DNA of 64,000 nt, taken from contig OZ250173.1 in NCBI GenBank assembly GCA_965238075.1, positions 2,976,001 through 3,040,000 of the forward strand. Direction: 5' to 3'. Shown piece after piece: positions 19,686-29,231 of the stretch. Source of the DNA: Candidatus Entotheonellaceae bacterium. Its GTDB lineage: Bacteria; Tectomicrobia; Entotheonellia; Entotheonellales; Entotheonellaceae. The position numbers were made by a program, and so were the translations under genes. Numbering within the stretch: the stretch's first letter is position 1; every line of letters begins with the position of its first letter. Under the pieces are notes generated by a model that was given only the letters and a program-made list of their open reading frames with translations, did no database searches and was not told where the DNA came from.

Positions 19686-19925
19686 TCGTATCTTGCCGCT
19701 CTTGCTTTGCGTGCTGCCTCTCGCTCCTCGCCTTTGGACGCCGACGGTCTGCCATCTGCAAGACAGCCGTACAAATCCTTGAGTGTTTCGGGTTGCGGCT
19801 TTATCAAAACGGCGCCGTCAACCAACTCATAAATGAGCCGCTGCCGAGGCTTGGAGGCCGTGTGCCTTGCGGATCTCTACCGGAATGGTGGTTTGCCATC
19901 TGTCGGTTAAAGTCGATTTGATCAC
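19682..19925 (-). pseudogene. AbrB/MazE-type antitoxin, frameshifted
   Basis: GTG start with GGAG RBS: MIKSTLTDRWQTTIPVEIRKAHGL/KPRQRLIYELVDGAVLIKP...LKDLYGCL...ARYE*; 244 nt implies one extra base near 19853. Confidence 0.82.
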
Positions 19926-20150
19926 TGGCCTGTCTCCATTGCATTGTTTTTTAGATTCATTGTCTTGAGTAACACAATGCAAATCTGATTTCCGCAAGCA
20001 TCGTGTCACAGCAATGTCTGACAGGAAAGCCGACGTTCAATTCTCAACCCGGTGCGGGGCATCTTGCAGGGCTTCGTAGCCGTAAGCGCTGAAGTGGGTG
20101 GAGACGAGCGGAGATTTGGGCAGCCGAGAGATGGTGGGGTGCTGATCGCT

Positions 20151-22580
20151 TTACAAGTGTTTTGCCGTCTGGCGAGTGGTGGTTGCGACCATTGGCCGCC
20201 GACGGCGGGTGAGGGCCACGATGCCCCCGATGACGGCGACGAGCAGGTTGGTGCCCCCGACGGTGGCGAATTTCCAGAAGCGGCGGACGTCGGGCGTCGG
20301 TTGGCTGATGGTGCGGTCGAGGTGCTTCTTGCCGCGAACGTGGATGAGGTCCTCGCCGAGGGTGAGGGCGTCGATGCTGTTAAGGAACAGGTCGGCGTTG
20401 CCGCCAATAAGGAAGTTGCGGTGGAACATCTGGGCGTTGCCGACAACGATGAGCTTGCCGGGGGAAGCGTCACGCGCCGGGGAGCCATCGACGGGCGGAA
20501 ACTGCCCCTCCACCAGAACGGCCAGGGGGTATTGCTGACCGGTGGCTGGCGGCTCCAGGTTGTCGGCGGTGAGCGCGGCGTCGCTGGACACGCTCCAGGC
20601 GCGCGGGCTGGTGGAGAAGAGGGCGGTGGCGTTGAGGCCGTGATCGCGCAGAACATCGGGCTGCAGGCTCAGGGCGCTGCCCCACAGGTAAAACAACGGC
20701 GCCAGGCGGCTGGTGATGGAGACCGCCGTGTTCATGGCCTGCCGCGGGATGGTCATGTGCAGCGGCAGGTCGAGGGTGATGCCGCTGCCGACCAGAGCGT
20801 CCACGAGGGTGTCGGTGTCGTGCACGGTCATGGCCTGATGGTTGACGTCCATCAGCACGGCGGGATCGACTGTAATGCCGTAATGCTGCAGCCAGTCGTT
20901 GACCTCGGGATGCTGCGGCTCCTGGGTGATGGACACGTCTTGGCGCCCCAGCGTGTAGTTCCAGCGGTACTGTTGGACGGCGAGAAACACGGACTTGCCC
21001 TCGTGCAGGGCCTTGCGCAGCAACAACTGGTCCTCGGCCGGCAGGCGCCGCGGATGCAGTACCACGATGGTATGCGCCTCGGGCGGGATGCCGTCGGCGA
21101 GCGACTCGAAGCGCCGCACCTCGTAGCGTTCGCGTGACAGCAGGCGTTCCAGCACGGTGTACGGGTCCTCGGTCTCGGGTAGTGAGCGGCCCATCTGCGT
21201 ATAGAGTTCTCGCATGTATTCCGGCAGGTGCAGCGGGTCGCGCGGTGCCACCAGCGCCACCAGCGGCTGGGTGTCACGGTGCAGCTTGTCGATGAGGTTG
21301 ATGAGGCGGTATTCCAGCGTCTGCAGATCGTGCGGCAGCAGGCGGGGGATGATGGCTTCGGGCTTGTCCTTGTAGGCCACGCTGATGGCGGCATAGACCA
21401 GCTTGTTGACGATGTCGTCGCCCTGCAGCACCTGCACCGAGAAGGGCCGTACCCCCTGATCCAGAAGGCGCCGCTGCGCGTCGGGCATGGCCGTGTCGTC
21501 CGGCGCCGCGATGGTTTCCGCCGGACGAATCACGTCAGCCGTTTGCAGATGCACCACCCGGGTGCGCAGGTTGCCCTCGCCGGCCAAGCGCATGTCGTCG
21601 AGCTGGTCGCGGATGTCGCGTTCCAGGTAGCGCATGGTGACGGGCAACTGCTGGCGGGGGGTGATGTACAGGCTCACCCGCACGGGCTCCGGCAGTTGCC
21701 TCAGGATGCGTCGCGACGCCGGTGACAGCGTGTACAGTTGGTCCTCGGTCAGATCGATCCGTCCCAGGTTTTGCTCGGCCAGCAGCCAGTTGGCGGTGAG
21801 GCCGACGCTCAGACAGAGGGCCATTGCCGCCAGAAAGCCGTTGCGCGTTGCCGGGCGGCTGCGAATTTCCAGAAACAGGCTGTTCAGCGCCAGCCAGACC
21901 GCCGTCCAGATCAGGAAATACACCACGTCGCCGACCACCAGCAGGCCGCGCGTGAAGGTCATGTAGTGCTGTGTCACGCCGATCACCTCGGCCAGCAGAG
22001 TGCCCAGGCCCGGCCAGGCAGCCTCGGCGAGGGTGACGACAAACTCGGTGCCCGCCAGGAAGAACCCGAAGCAGCCGAGCAGCGTGAGCATGAAGGCGAC
22101 GATCTGGTCGCGGCACAGTGCCGAGATAAACAGCCCCAGGGACAGAAAGAAGACGCCGAGCAGAAGGCTGCCGAAGTAGGCGCCGAGGATGGGGCCGAAG
22201 TCGGGATTGCCCAGCCAATGGAGCATCACCGGCAGCATGAGGGTGCCGGCCAGGGCGCTGAGGTAGAAGATCAGGCTGGCAAGGAATTTCCCCAGCACCA
22301 GCTCGTGCGCGCGCATCGGGAAGGTGAGCAGCAGTTCCCAAGTGTTTTGCTTCCGTTCCTCGGCCCACAGGCGCATGCTGACGGCGGGCAGAAACACGCA
22401 CAGGACGATGGGCAGGATGGTGAAGAATACGCGCATGTCGGCCGCCAGGACGGTGAAAAACGGCGCCATGTACAGGCCCATGGTGAGACTGAGAAAGACG
22501 AGGAGGGCGATGTAGGCGATGGCCGAGGTGTAGTAGGCGTTCAACTCGCGGCAGGCAATGGTACGGAGGTTAGCAAACAT
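20151..22580 (-). CDS. Fused ABC-2 permease + GldG-like domain (GldF-GldG fusion), copy 2
   Basis: Clear paralog of 4361-6859 (SMRLWAEERKQNTWELLLTFP, RIDLTEDQLYTLS, NAQMFHRNFL); start MFANLRT. Confidence 0.88.
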   Translation of the reverse strand: MFANLRTIACRELNAYYTSAIAYIALLVFLSLTMGLYMAPFFTVLAADMRVFFTILPIVLCVFLPAVSMRLWAEERKQNTWELLLTFPMRAHELVLGKFLASLIFYLSALAGTLMLPVMLHWLGNPDFGPILGAYFGSLLLGVFFLSLGLFISALCRDQIVAFMLTLLGCFGFFLAGTEFVVTLAEAAWPGLGTLLAEVIGVTQHYMTFTRGLLVVGDVVYFLIWTAVWLALNSLFLEIRSRPATRNGFLAAMALCLSVGLTANWLLAEQNLGRIDLTEDQLYTLSPASRRILRQLPEPVRVSLYITPRQQLPVTMRYLERDIRDQLDDMRLAGEGNLRTRVVHLQTADVIRPAETIAAPDDTAMPDAQRRLLDQGVRPFSVQVLQGDDIVNKLVYAAISVAYKDKPEAIIPRLLPHDLQTLEYRLINLIDKLHRDTQPLVALVAPRDPLHLPEYMRELYTQMGRSLPETEDPYTVLERLLSRERYEVRRFESLADGIPPEAHTIVVLHPRRLPAEDQLLLRKALHEGKSVFLAVQQYRWNYTLGRQDVSITQEPQHPEVNDWLQHYGITVDPAVLMDVNHQAMTVHDTDTLVDALVGSGITLDLPLHMTIPRQAMNTAVSITSRLAPLFYLWGSALSLQPDVLRDHGLNATALFSTSPRAWSVSSDAALTADNLEPPATGQQYPLAVLVEGQFPPVDGSPARDASPGKLIVVGNAQMFHRNFLIGGNADLFLNSIDALTLGEDLIHVRGKKHLDRTISQPTPDVRRFWKFATVGGTNLLVAVIGGIVALTRRRRPMVATTTRQTAKHL

Positions 22581-23538
22581 GGGCTGCGGGGGCCTCATCG
22601 GAAGCGGGTGGAGCAGTAAGGGCGAGGAACGTTTCCTCCAGCGTGGGCGGCTGCACGTGCAACTCGCCGACGCGCCAGCCTTTGTCGCTGAAAAGGTTCC
22701 CAAGTTGCCGGGACAGACCCGTGCCGGCGACGGCCCGCACGTCGAACACGGCGTAGTCATCGCTGGAATGCACGAAACGGACCTCCAGCAATCCGGGCAG
22801 GGTTTTCAGCGCCGACTCAACCGCCTCCCGCGGCGCCGCCACCGACAGGGACGTACGTTCGTACTGCCGCAGTTCTTGCCGCAACTCCTCCAGCGTGCCG
22901 TTGCCGACGATGCGCCCTTGGTTGATGATGACCAGCCGGTCGGCGATAGCCTCGACTTCTTGCAGAATATGGGTGGAGAGCAACACGGTCTTGCCGGCGG
23001 CGGCGAGGTCTCGGACAAGCCGCCGCACCACCAGAATCTGGTGGGGATCGAGGCTGGAAGTGGGTTCGTCAAGAATCACCACCTGCGGGTCATGGATGAG
23101 TGCCTGCGCCAGTCCCACACGCTGCTGGTATCCCTTCGACAATTCACGGATGAGCTGGCGGCCTACGCCTTCGAGGCCGCAACGTTCCTCCGCCCAGGCG
23201 CGGCGTTGGCGCAGCCGGGCGCCCCGCAGACCGCGGGCGCGACCGACAAAATTGAGATAGGCGCCGGCCCGCATTTCCGGGTATAACGGCAGCACCTCCG
23301 GTAGGTAGCCGATCAGGCGCCGTACCGCCAGGGGCTCGTTTCGCACGCTCTTGCCGCCCACGGTGGCGGTGCCGCGCGTGGGATACAGGTAGGTCGTCAG
23401 AATTTTCATGGTCGTCGATTTGCCGGCGCCGTTCGGGCCAAGCAAGCCGACCACCTCACCCGGCTCGACGTCGAAGCTGGCCCCCTCGAGGGCAACCCGC
23501 GGGCCGTAGTGCATGGACAGATCGGCGGCATGAATCAC
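22570..23538 (-). CDS. ABC transporter ATP-binding protein (GldA-like), copy 2
   Basis: GPNGAGKSTTMKILTTYLYPT identical to copy 1; LSKGYQQRVG; AAGGAG RBS before GTG at 23538. Confidence 0.92.
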   Translation of the reverse strand: MIHAADLSMHYGPRVALEGASFDVEPGEVVGLLGPNGAGKSTTMKILTTYLYPTRGTATVGGKSVRNEPLAVRRLIGYLPEVLPLYPEMRAGAYLNFVGRARGLRGARLRQRRAWAEERCGLEGVGRQLIRELSKGYQQRVGLAQALIHDPQVVILDEPTSSLDPHQILVVRRLVRDLAAAGKTVLLSTHILQEVEAIADRLVIINQGRIVGNGTLEELRQELRQYERTSLSVAAPREAVESALKTLPGLLEVRFVHSSDDYAVFDVRAVAGTGLSRQLGNLFSDKGWRVGELHVQPPTLEETFLALTAPPASDEAPAAHVC

Positions 23539-23601
23539 GTCGGTCTGCTCCTTAATTTCAAGTCTGGCCATCCCGGGAAGGCGCTGACTGCTTCACAAGT
23601 C

Positions 23602-23628
23602 GTCATTCCGACGAACGCCGGAATCCAG
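23602..23628 (+). repeat. REP-like palindrome (GTCATTCCG family)
   Basis: GTCATTCCGACGAACGCCGGAATCCAG; related units at 51858-51884 and 51913-51939. Confidence 0.7.
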
Positions 23629-23663
23629 GACCGTTGTACGACAATAACCTCAGGGGGGCCGTC

Positions 23664-24062
23664 ATGTTGGGACATCTGGGCATTAATGTCACGGATTTGG
23701 ACCGCGCCAAAACCTATTACGACCACATGATGCCGTTGCTGGGCTACGAGCCCTACCTCAGCGCCGAGGACCAGTTCGCCTACCGCCCGGCGAACCGTCA
23801 GCGCGGTCCGGCGTTGTTCTTCTATCCGGCGCTCGAAGTGGGCCAGGTATCCCGGCACCGTCCGGGGTTGCAGCATCTCGCCTTTGTGGTGGACTCGCGG
23901 CAAGCGATCCACGCGGTGCACGACGCGGTGCGGGCGCTGGGCGGCGAGGTCGTTCACGCCCCGCAGCTGTTCCCGCAATACCGGCCCCACTATTACGCCA
24001 CGTTCTGGTTGGACCTGGAGGGCGTGATGCTGGAGGTGCTGTGCCTGCGGCCGGAGGAATAA
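23664..24062 (+). CDS. VOC/glyoxalase family protein
   Basis: MLGHLGINVTDLDRAKTYY, GLQHLAF, YYATFWLDLEGVMLEV. Confidence 0.88.
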   Translation: MLGHLGINVTDLDRAKTYYDHMMPLLGYEPYLSAEDQFAYRPANRQRGPALFFYPALEVGQVSRHRPGLQHLAFVVDSRQAIHAVHDAVRALGGEVVHAPQLFPQYRPHYYATFWLDLEGVMLEVLCLRPEE

Positions 24063-24081
24063 CCGGGGCCGAAAGCCTGGA

Positions 24082-24402
24082 TTATTTCATGACGGATTTG
24101 GGCGTTGAGGCAATACGGGTGACCTTGATCTTTTCGCGGTGGAGCATGGCGGGAATCTGGGGTGCGATGGTGTTCTTCCAGTGATCGCTTTCGTAGACGG
24201 CTTCGTACAGACGTTTGCGCTCCGCCTCGCTGTCGAAACGGCGAATCCACACGTACAGATCGTCTTCTTCCTCGCCCACAAAGCTGCCGAGGATGACCAT
24301 GCCTTTGGAGACCTGGAAGGGGATGATCTCGTCTTCCATGAACGATACCCAGGTCTCACGCTGGCCGGGCTTGGTGCGGTACTCGCGCAATTCGAGAAAC
24401 AT
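24082..24402 (-). CDS. NIPSNAP family protein
   Basis: MFLELREYRTKPG...YVWIRRFDSEAER; AAGGAG RBS. Confidence 0.88.
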   Translation of the reverse strand: MFLELREYRTKPGQRETWVSFMEDEIIPFQVSKGMVILGSFVGEEEDDLYVWIRRFDSEAERKRLYEAVYESDHWKNTIAPQIPAMLHREKIKVTRIASTPKSVMK

Positions 24403-24438
24403 GCCGCTCTCCTTAAAACAAGTGTCCGTCTGGCTGCT

Positions 24439-24475
24439 CCCTCTCCTCTGGAGGAAGAGGGTTGGGGTGAGGGGG
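24439..24475. repeat. REP-like palindromic element (CCCCTCACCCCAACCCTCT type)
   Basis: CCCTCTCCTCTGGAGGAAGAGGG hairpin followed by TTGGGGTGAGGGGG, intergenic. Confidence 0.55.
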
Positions 24476-24680
24476 AAATCAAGTGAGGCGCAAGCATAGG
24501 GAGCCTGGGATTGCCTGTCAACCGGCAGGCGGCGCCTTGCGGGAGGCGGCGGTGCAGGATCGAGGCATCCTTCGGAAATCGTCGCCTGATGACTTTTGCA
24601 ACAGACTCTTACATAATCCGCCCGCTGCGTGGCGCACGAATTGAATTGGCCTTGCGCGTGACTGGAGGACACGACGAGAT

Positions 24681-27149
24681 ATGCCTGAGCTCGCGGTACA
24701 GAAACGCGCCAGGGCGGTCATCATCGGCGCGGGGATCGTCGGTTGCAGCGTGGCGTACCACCTGACGAAGCTCGGCTGGCGGGACCTCGTCGTCGTCGAG
24801 CAAGGCCCGCTGTTCGAGACGGGCGGCTCCACCTCTCACGCGCCGGGTCTCGTCTTCCAGATCAACCCGTCGAAGACCATGACGGCGTTCGCCAAGTACA
24901 CGGTGCAGCTATGGTCGGACATGCAACTCGACGGTGCGCCGTGCGCCAAGACGGTGGGGAGTCTGGAGGTGGCATGGACGCCGGAGCGACTCACCGACCT
25001 GAAGCGCAAGGCCGGGTACGGCTTGAGTTGGGGCGTCGAGGCCCATCTGCTCAGCCCCGCCGAGGCGCGCGGCCTGTTCCCCATGTTGTCCGACCGCATC
25101 CTGGGCGCGCTGCACGTTCCCTCCGACATTCAAACAAAGGCGACCCGACCGGCGGAAGCGATGGCGCATGAGGCGGAGCGGAACGGCGCGGCGTTCCACG
25201 GTGGCGTCGCGGTCACCGGCTTCGGAATGGACGACGGCCGGATTACGGCGGTCCACACCGCGTACGGGGATATCGATACGGACTTGGTGGTGGCCGCCGC
25301 CGGCATCTGGGCGCCAAAGGTCGGCGGACTGGCAGGGGTGCCCATTCCGCTGTCGCCGATGCAGCACCTCTACGCCGTGACCGCCCCCCTGCCGGAGCTG
25401 GCTGGCGCGACGGAGGAGATTTCGCTGCCGATTCTGCGCCACCAGGATGCGGCTACGTACTTCCGGCAGGTCGGCGAGGCCATCGGCATCGGCTCCTACA
25501 GGCACGAACCCCTGCTGGTGAATGCCGCCGACATCCTCAGCCACGAGCAAGCACCCACCGCCCCGGCGGAGATGCCGTTCACGCCGTCTCACTTCGAAGC
25601 GTCGATGACGGCTGCAGGCGACGTTCTGCCGGCTCTCAAAGGCGTCGGGCTGAGGTGCAAGTTCAACGGCCTGTTCTCGTTCACCACGGACGGATTTCCG
25701 GTTCTCGGCGAGTCGCCCCAGGTCAAGGGCTTCTGGTCGGCGCAGGCGGTCTGGATTACCCACGCCGGCGGTGTCGGCAGGGCTGTCGCCGAGTGGATCG
25801 TGAACGGCGAGCCGACCCTTGACCTTCGGGAATGCGACATCCGCCGTTTCTATCCACACGCCCTCAGCCGCCGCTACGTCCGGGCGCGCGCCGCCCAGCA
25901 GTACCGCGAGGTGTACGACATCATCCATCCGCGCCAGCAGGTGGACAACCCCCGGAACCTCCGGCTAACGCCGTTCTTCCCTCGACAGAAGGAACTGCGC
26001 GGCGTCTTCTTCGAGAACGCCGGATGGGAGCGCCCGCAGTGGTATGACGCGAACGCGGGCCTGCTGGACGCCCTGGACGTGGCGGGCGCGTCGCGGGCTG
26101 GTTGGGAGGCCCGGGAGTGGTCGCCGACGGTGGCGGCAGAGCACGCTGCCACCCGCGAGCGAGTGGCGATGTTCGACATGACGCCCTTCGCCAAATTCGA
26201 GCTTGCGGGCCCCGGCGCCTTGGCCGCCCTGCAGCGCCTCGCCGCCAACCAGATGAACAAGCCGGTCGGAACGGTTACCTACACCTCCATGCTGACGCCC
26301 CAGGGCGGCATCAAGTGCGACCTGACGGTAACGCGGCTCGGTGCGGAGCGCTTCATGGTCGTCACCGGCGGCGCTATGGGATTGCACGATCTGGACTGGA
26401 TCCGCTCACATCTGCCGGACGATGGCTCGGTCAGCGTGGCCGACGTCTCGTCGGGGCGCTGCTGCGTCGGCCTGTGGGGACCGAGGGCGCGCGACCTGCT
26501 GAGCCGGGTCTGCGAGGCTGACGTTTCAGACGCGGGATTCCCGTACCTGACCGCCAAACCGATCACGGTAGCCGAAGTCCCGGCGCTCGCGCTGCGCATT
26601 TCGTACGTGGGCGAACTCGGCTGGGAGATATACGCCCCCGCCGAACATGGCCTGCGGCTGTGGGACACCCTTTGGGAAGCGGGTCTGCCACTCGGCGTCA
26701 TCGCCGCGGGCGGCGGTGCGTTCGACTCGCTGCGGCTGGAAAAGGGCTACCGGCTGTGGGGCGCCGACATCCACACGGAGTACGATCCTTACGAGGCGGG
26801 CCTGGGGTTCGCGGTGAAAATGCAGAAAGGAGATTTCGTCGGCAGGGACCGGCTGCGGGAGAGGCGCGCGCAGAGCCAGACGCGCAAGCTGTGCTGCATG
26901 ACCCTGGACGCCACCGATGCTGTCGTCATGGGCAAGGAACCGGTCATGGACGGCAACCGCGTGCTGGGTTACGTGACAAGCGCCAACTACGGCCACTCGA
27001 TCGGCCGCGGCATCGTCTATGGCTATCTGCCGACGAGCTATGCCGAGGTTGGAACGCACGTCGACGTCCTATACTTCGGAGAACGCCTTCAGGCAACGGT
27101 TGCAAAGGAGCCGCTGTACGATCCGAGCGGCCGGAAGATGAAGGCGTGA
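24681..27149 (+). CDS. FAD-dependent oxidase/GcvT fusion (dimethylglycine oxidase/dehydrogenase-like)
   Basis: GAGIVG FAD motif, GGSTSHAPG (covalent-FAD His region), GWERPQW, RISYVGELGWEIY, SLRLEKGYR. Confidence 0.9.
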   Translation: MPELAVQKRARAVIIGAGIVGCSVAYHLTKLGWRDLVVVEQGPLFETGGSTSHAPGLVFQINPSKTMTAFAKYTVQLWSDMQLDGAPCAKTVGSLEVAWTPERLTDLKRKAGYGLSWGVEAHLLSPAEARGLFPMLSDRILGALHVPSDIQTKATRPAEAMAHEAERNGAAFHGGVAVTGFGMDDGRITAVHTAYGDIDTDLVVAAAGIWAPKVGGLAGVPIPLSPMQHLYAVTAPLPELAGATEEISLPILRHQDAATYFRQVGEAIGIGSYRHEPLLVNAADILSHEQAPTAPAEMPFTPSHFEASMTAAGDVLPALKGVGLRCKFNGLFSFTTDGFPVLGESPQVKGFWSAQAVWITHAGGVGRAVAEWIVNGEPTLDLRECDIRRFYPHALSRRYVRARAAQQYREVYDIIHPRQQVDNPRNLRLTPFFPRQKELRGVFFENAGWERPQWYDANAGLLDALDVAGASRAGWEAREWSPTVAAEHAATRERVAMFDMTPFAKFELAGPGALAALQRLAANQMNKPVGTVTYTSMLTPQGGIKCDLTVTRLGAERFMVVTGGAMGLHDLDWIRSHLPDDGSVSVADVSSGRCCVGLWGPRARDLLSRVCEADVSDAGFPYLTAKPITVAEVPALALRISYVGELGWEIYAPAEHGLRLWDTLWEAGLPLGVIAAGGGAFDSLRLEKGYRLWGADIHTEYDPYEAGLGFAVKMQKGDFVGRDRLRERRAQSQTRKLCCMTLDATDAVVMGKEPVMDGNRVLGYVTSANYGHSIGRGIVYGYLPTSYAEVGTHVDVLYFGERLQATVAKEPLYDPSGRKMKA

Positions 27150-27214
27150 GGCCATTGCGGATGTTTGCCGAATCATCGAGTTGACGCAGAGCCGAATATC
27201 CGGAGGTTTCTCAA

Positions 27215-28471
27215 ATGACGCAGACCCTGATTATCGACGGCCTCAAGAAGCGTATCCTGCCGATCAATTTGCGGCAGAGCGGCAATAGCGACGCCCGGAT
27301 GCTAATCTCCACGCGGGTCAGAAAGTCTCCCTGGTGGCACCTGTCGAAGGCGGCGGGCTGCTGGGCCTATACGACGTACAACCACCTCTACCATCCGAGA
27401 GCCTACGTCAGGCCGGAGGACGGCGGGCTGATGGCGGAGTACAAGACGCTCACCGAGCATGTCAGCATGTGGGACGTGGCGGTCGAGCGCCAGATCCAGG
27501 TCAAGGGCCCGGACGCCGCGGACTTCGTGGACTATCTGATTACCCGCAACGTATACACCCGGGTGCCGACGATGCAGGCCCGCTACGTCATCCTGTGCAA
27601 CCAGTACGGCGGCATCATCAACGATCCGGTGCTGCTGCGTGTGGCCGACGACGAGTTCTGGTTCAGCATCTCCGACTCGGACCTGCTGCTGTGGGCGCAG
27701 GGTGTCAACGCCACCGGCAGGTTTAACGTCGACATCCACGAGATCGACGTGTCCCCTGTGCAAATCCAGGGCCCCAAGTCGGCGCCGCTCATGGAGAAAC
27801 TATTCGGCTCTCACATCCGGGACATTCCCTACTACGGGCTGATTCACGACACGCTGAACGGCCATCCGGTCACGGTCTCGCGCACGGGGTTCTCCGCTGA
27901 GGTCGGGTTCGAGATATACCTCCACGACGCCATGCTCCATGCGGACGATGTCTGGCCGCATATCCTGGCGCAGGGCGAGGCGTTCAATCTGGGCGTCATC
28001 GCCCCGAGCCACGTCCGACGGCTGGAGGCCGGCATCCTCTCCTACGGCCAGGACATGGACATCGAGAACAACCCCTTCGAGGTGCGGCTCGGCTGGCAGG
28101 TGGATTTCGACAAGGGCGACTACATCGGCAAAGACGCGTTGGCCCGCATCAAGGCGGAGGGGGTCAAGCAGCGGCTCGTTGGCCTCAAGGTCGGCGGCGA
28201 GCCGATCATTTGGTACAACGAGGACTTCTACCTGGTCAAGGACAGGGACTCCGGCGCCGACGTGGGTTACGTCACCAGCGCCTTCTGGTCTCCCAGCCTG
28301 GAGTCGAACATCGCCCTGGCCGTCATGCCCCGCACCCACTGGCGGCAGGGGACGCGGGTCAAGGTACAGCTCCCCAAGGACGGCATCGTGGACGCCGAAG
28401 TGGTGCGGGTGCCATTCCTCGACCCGACGAAGGACATCCCCAAGAAGAAACTGATGGACGCGGCGGCCTAA
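27215..28471 (+). CDS. GcvT-family THF-dependent aminomethyltransferase/demethylase (DmdA-like)
   Basis: YTTYNH, WDVAVERQIQVKGPDA, GGIINDPVLLR, WFSISDSDLLLWAQG, RLEAGILSYGQD. Confidence 0.8.
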   Translation: MTQTLIIDGLKKRILPINLRQSGNSDARMLISTRVRKSPWWHLSKAAGCWAYTTYNHLYHPRAYVRPEDGGLMAEYKTLTEHVSMWDVAVERQIQVKGPDAADFVDYLITRNVYTRVPTMQARYVILCNQYGGIINDPVLLRVADDEFWFSISDSDLLLWAQGVNATGRFNVDIHEIDVSPVQIQGPKSAPLMEKLFGSHIRDIPYYGLIHDTLNGHPVTVSRTGFSAEVGFEIYLHDAMLHADDVWPHILAQGEAFNLGVIAPSHVRRLEAGILSYGQDMDIENNPFEVRLGWQVDFDKGDYIGKDALARIKAEGVKQRLVGLKVGGEPIIWYNEDFYLVKDRDSGADVGYVTSAFWSPSLESNIALAVMPRTHWRQGTRVKVQLPKDGIVDAEVVRVPFLDPTKDIPKKKLMDAAA

Positions 28472-28582
28472 CCAGTCTCAGACACCCGGGAAGCCGCCGC
28501 CGCGCTCATCCACGTTCAGCCCCGCACCGGCCAAGTTCGAGTTCCTGCACCTTGCGCCACACCGCACCCCGCCCACCGATCC

Positions 28583-29218
28583 TCAGGACAGCGCTTTGCG
28601 GGCTGTGACGACGTACAGCGGATCGCTGCCCGGTGGGAAGGGTGACGAGCAGTCACGGGTTTCCAGGTCAACGAACCCACCGGCCTCTCTGAAGTACGCG
28701 GCGATCAGGTCGGCGTGCTGGCGGTTGTTGAGCCGGCGCCAGATGGCCACCGCCTTGGTGGGAAACATGCGGTTGGAATAGATGACGGCGAACAGGCCGC
28801 CCGACCGCAGGACGCGGTGTACGTCACGGAACACGGCCACCGGCTGGGTGAGGTACTGGATCGACACGGTGATGATCGCGGCGTCGAAACTGGCGTCGCC
28901 GAACGGCAGCCGGGGGACGGCGTTGACGTCGTGCACCACGACGTCGTCCAGGTCCGGGTTGTCGGCCATTTCCTCGGCGTTGAGGCCCAGGCCGACCAGG
29001 CGGCGCTTGGCCAACCCGGGCGGCCAGTGCGAGCGCCAACTGCTGAGCAGGTCGAGCACCTCGGCCTCGGGTGGCACGGCATCGTGCAGGAAATCCGCCA
29101 CGGCCGCGCAGGCGGCCGCGTCGATGTGTACCACCTTGCGCGGCTCGACGTAGAAGAGGCCGTCCGGGCTGTCGTCCAGGCGAACAAAATCGTCCGGTTG
29201 GAAGAGAGGTTCGTTCAT
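28583..29218 (-). CDS. Class I SAM-dependent methyltransferase (type 11-like)
   Basis: FYVEPRKVVHID, VLDLLSSWRSH, GLGLNAEEM, SNRMFPTKAV. Confidence 0.85.
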   Translation of the reverse strand: MNEPLFQPDDFVRLDDSPDGLFYVEPRKVVHIDAAACAAVADFLHDAVPPEAEVLDLLSSWRSHWPPGLAKRRLVGLGLNAEEMADNPDLDDVVVHDVNAVPRLPFGDASFDAAIITVSIQYLTQPVAVFRDVHRVLRSGGLFAVIYSNRMFPTKAVAIWRRLNNRQHADLIAAYFREAGGFVDLETRDCSSPFPPGSDPLYVVTARKALS

Positions 29219-29231
29219 GCCTGGGTGCCGA

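Noticed and set aside
24403-24680. Glycine riboswitch upstream of the GcvT-domain genes
   Set aside because: No convincing GGAGA...CCGAAG...CTCTCAGG aptamer pattern found by eye.
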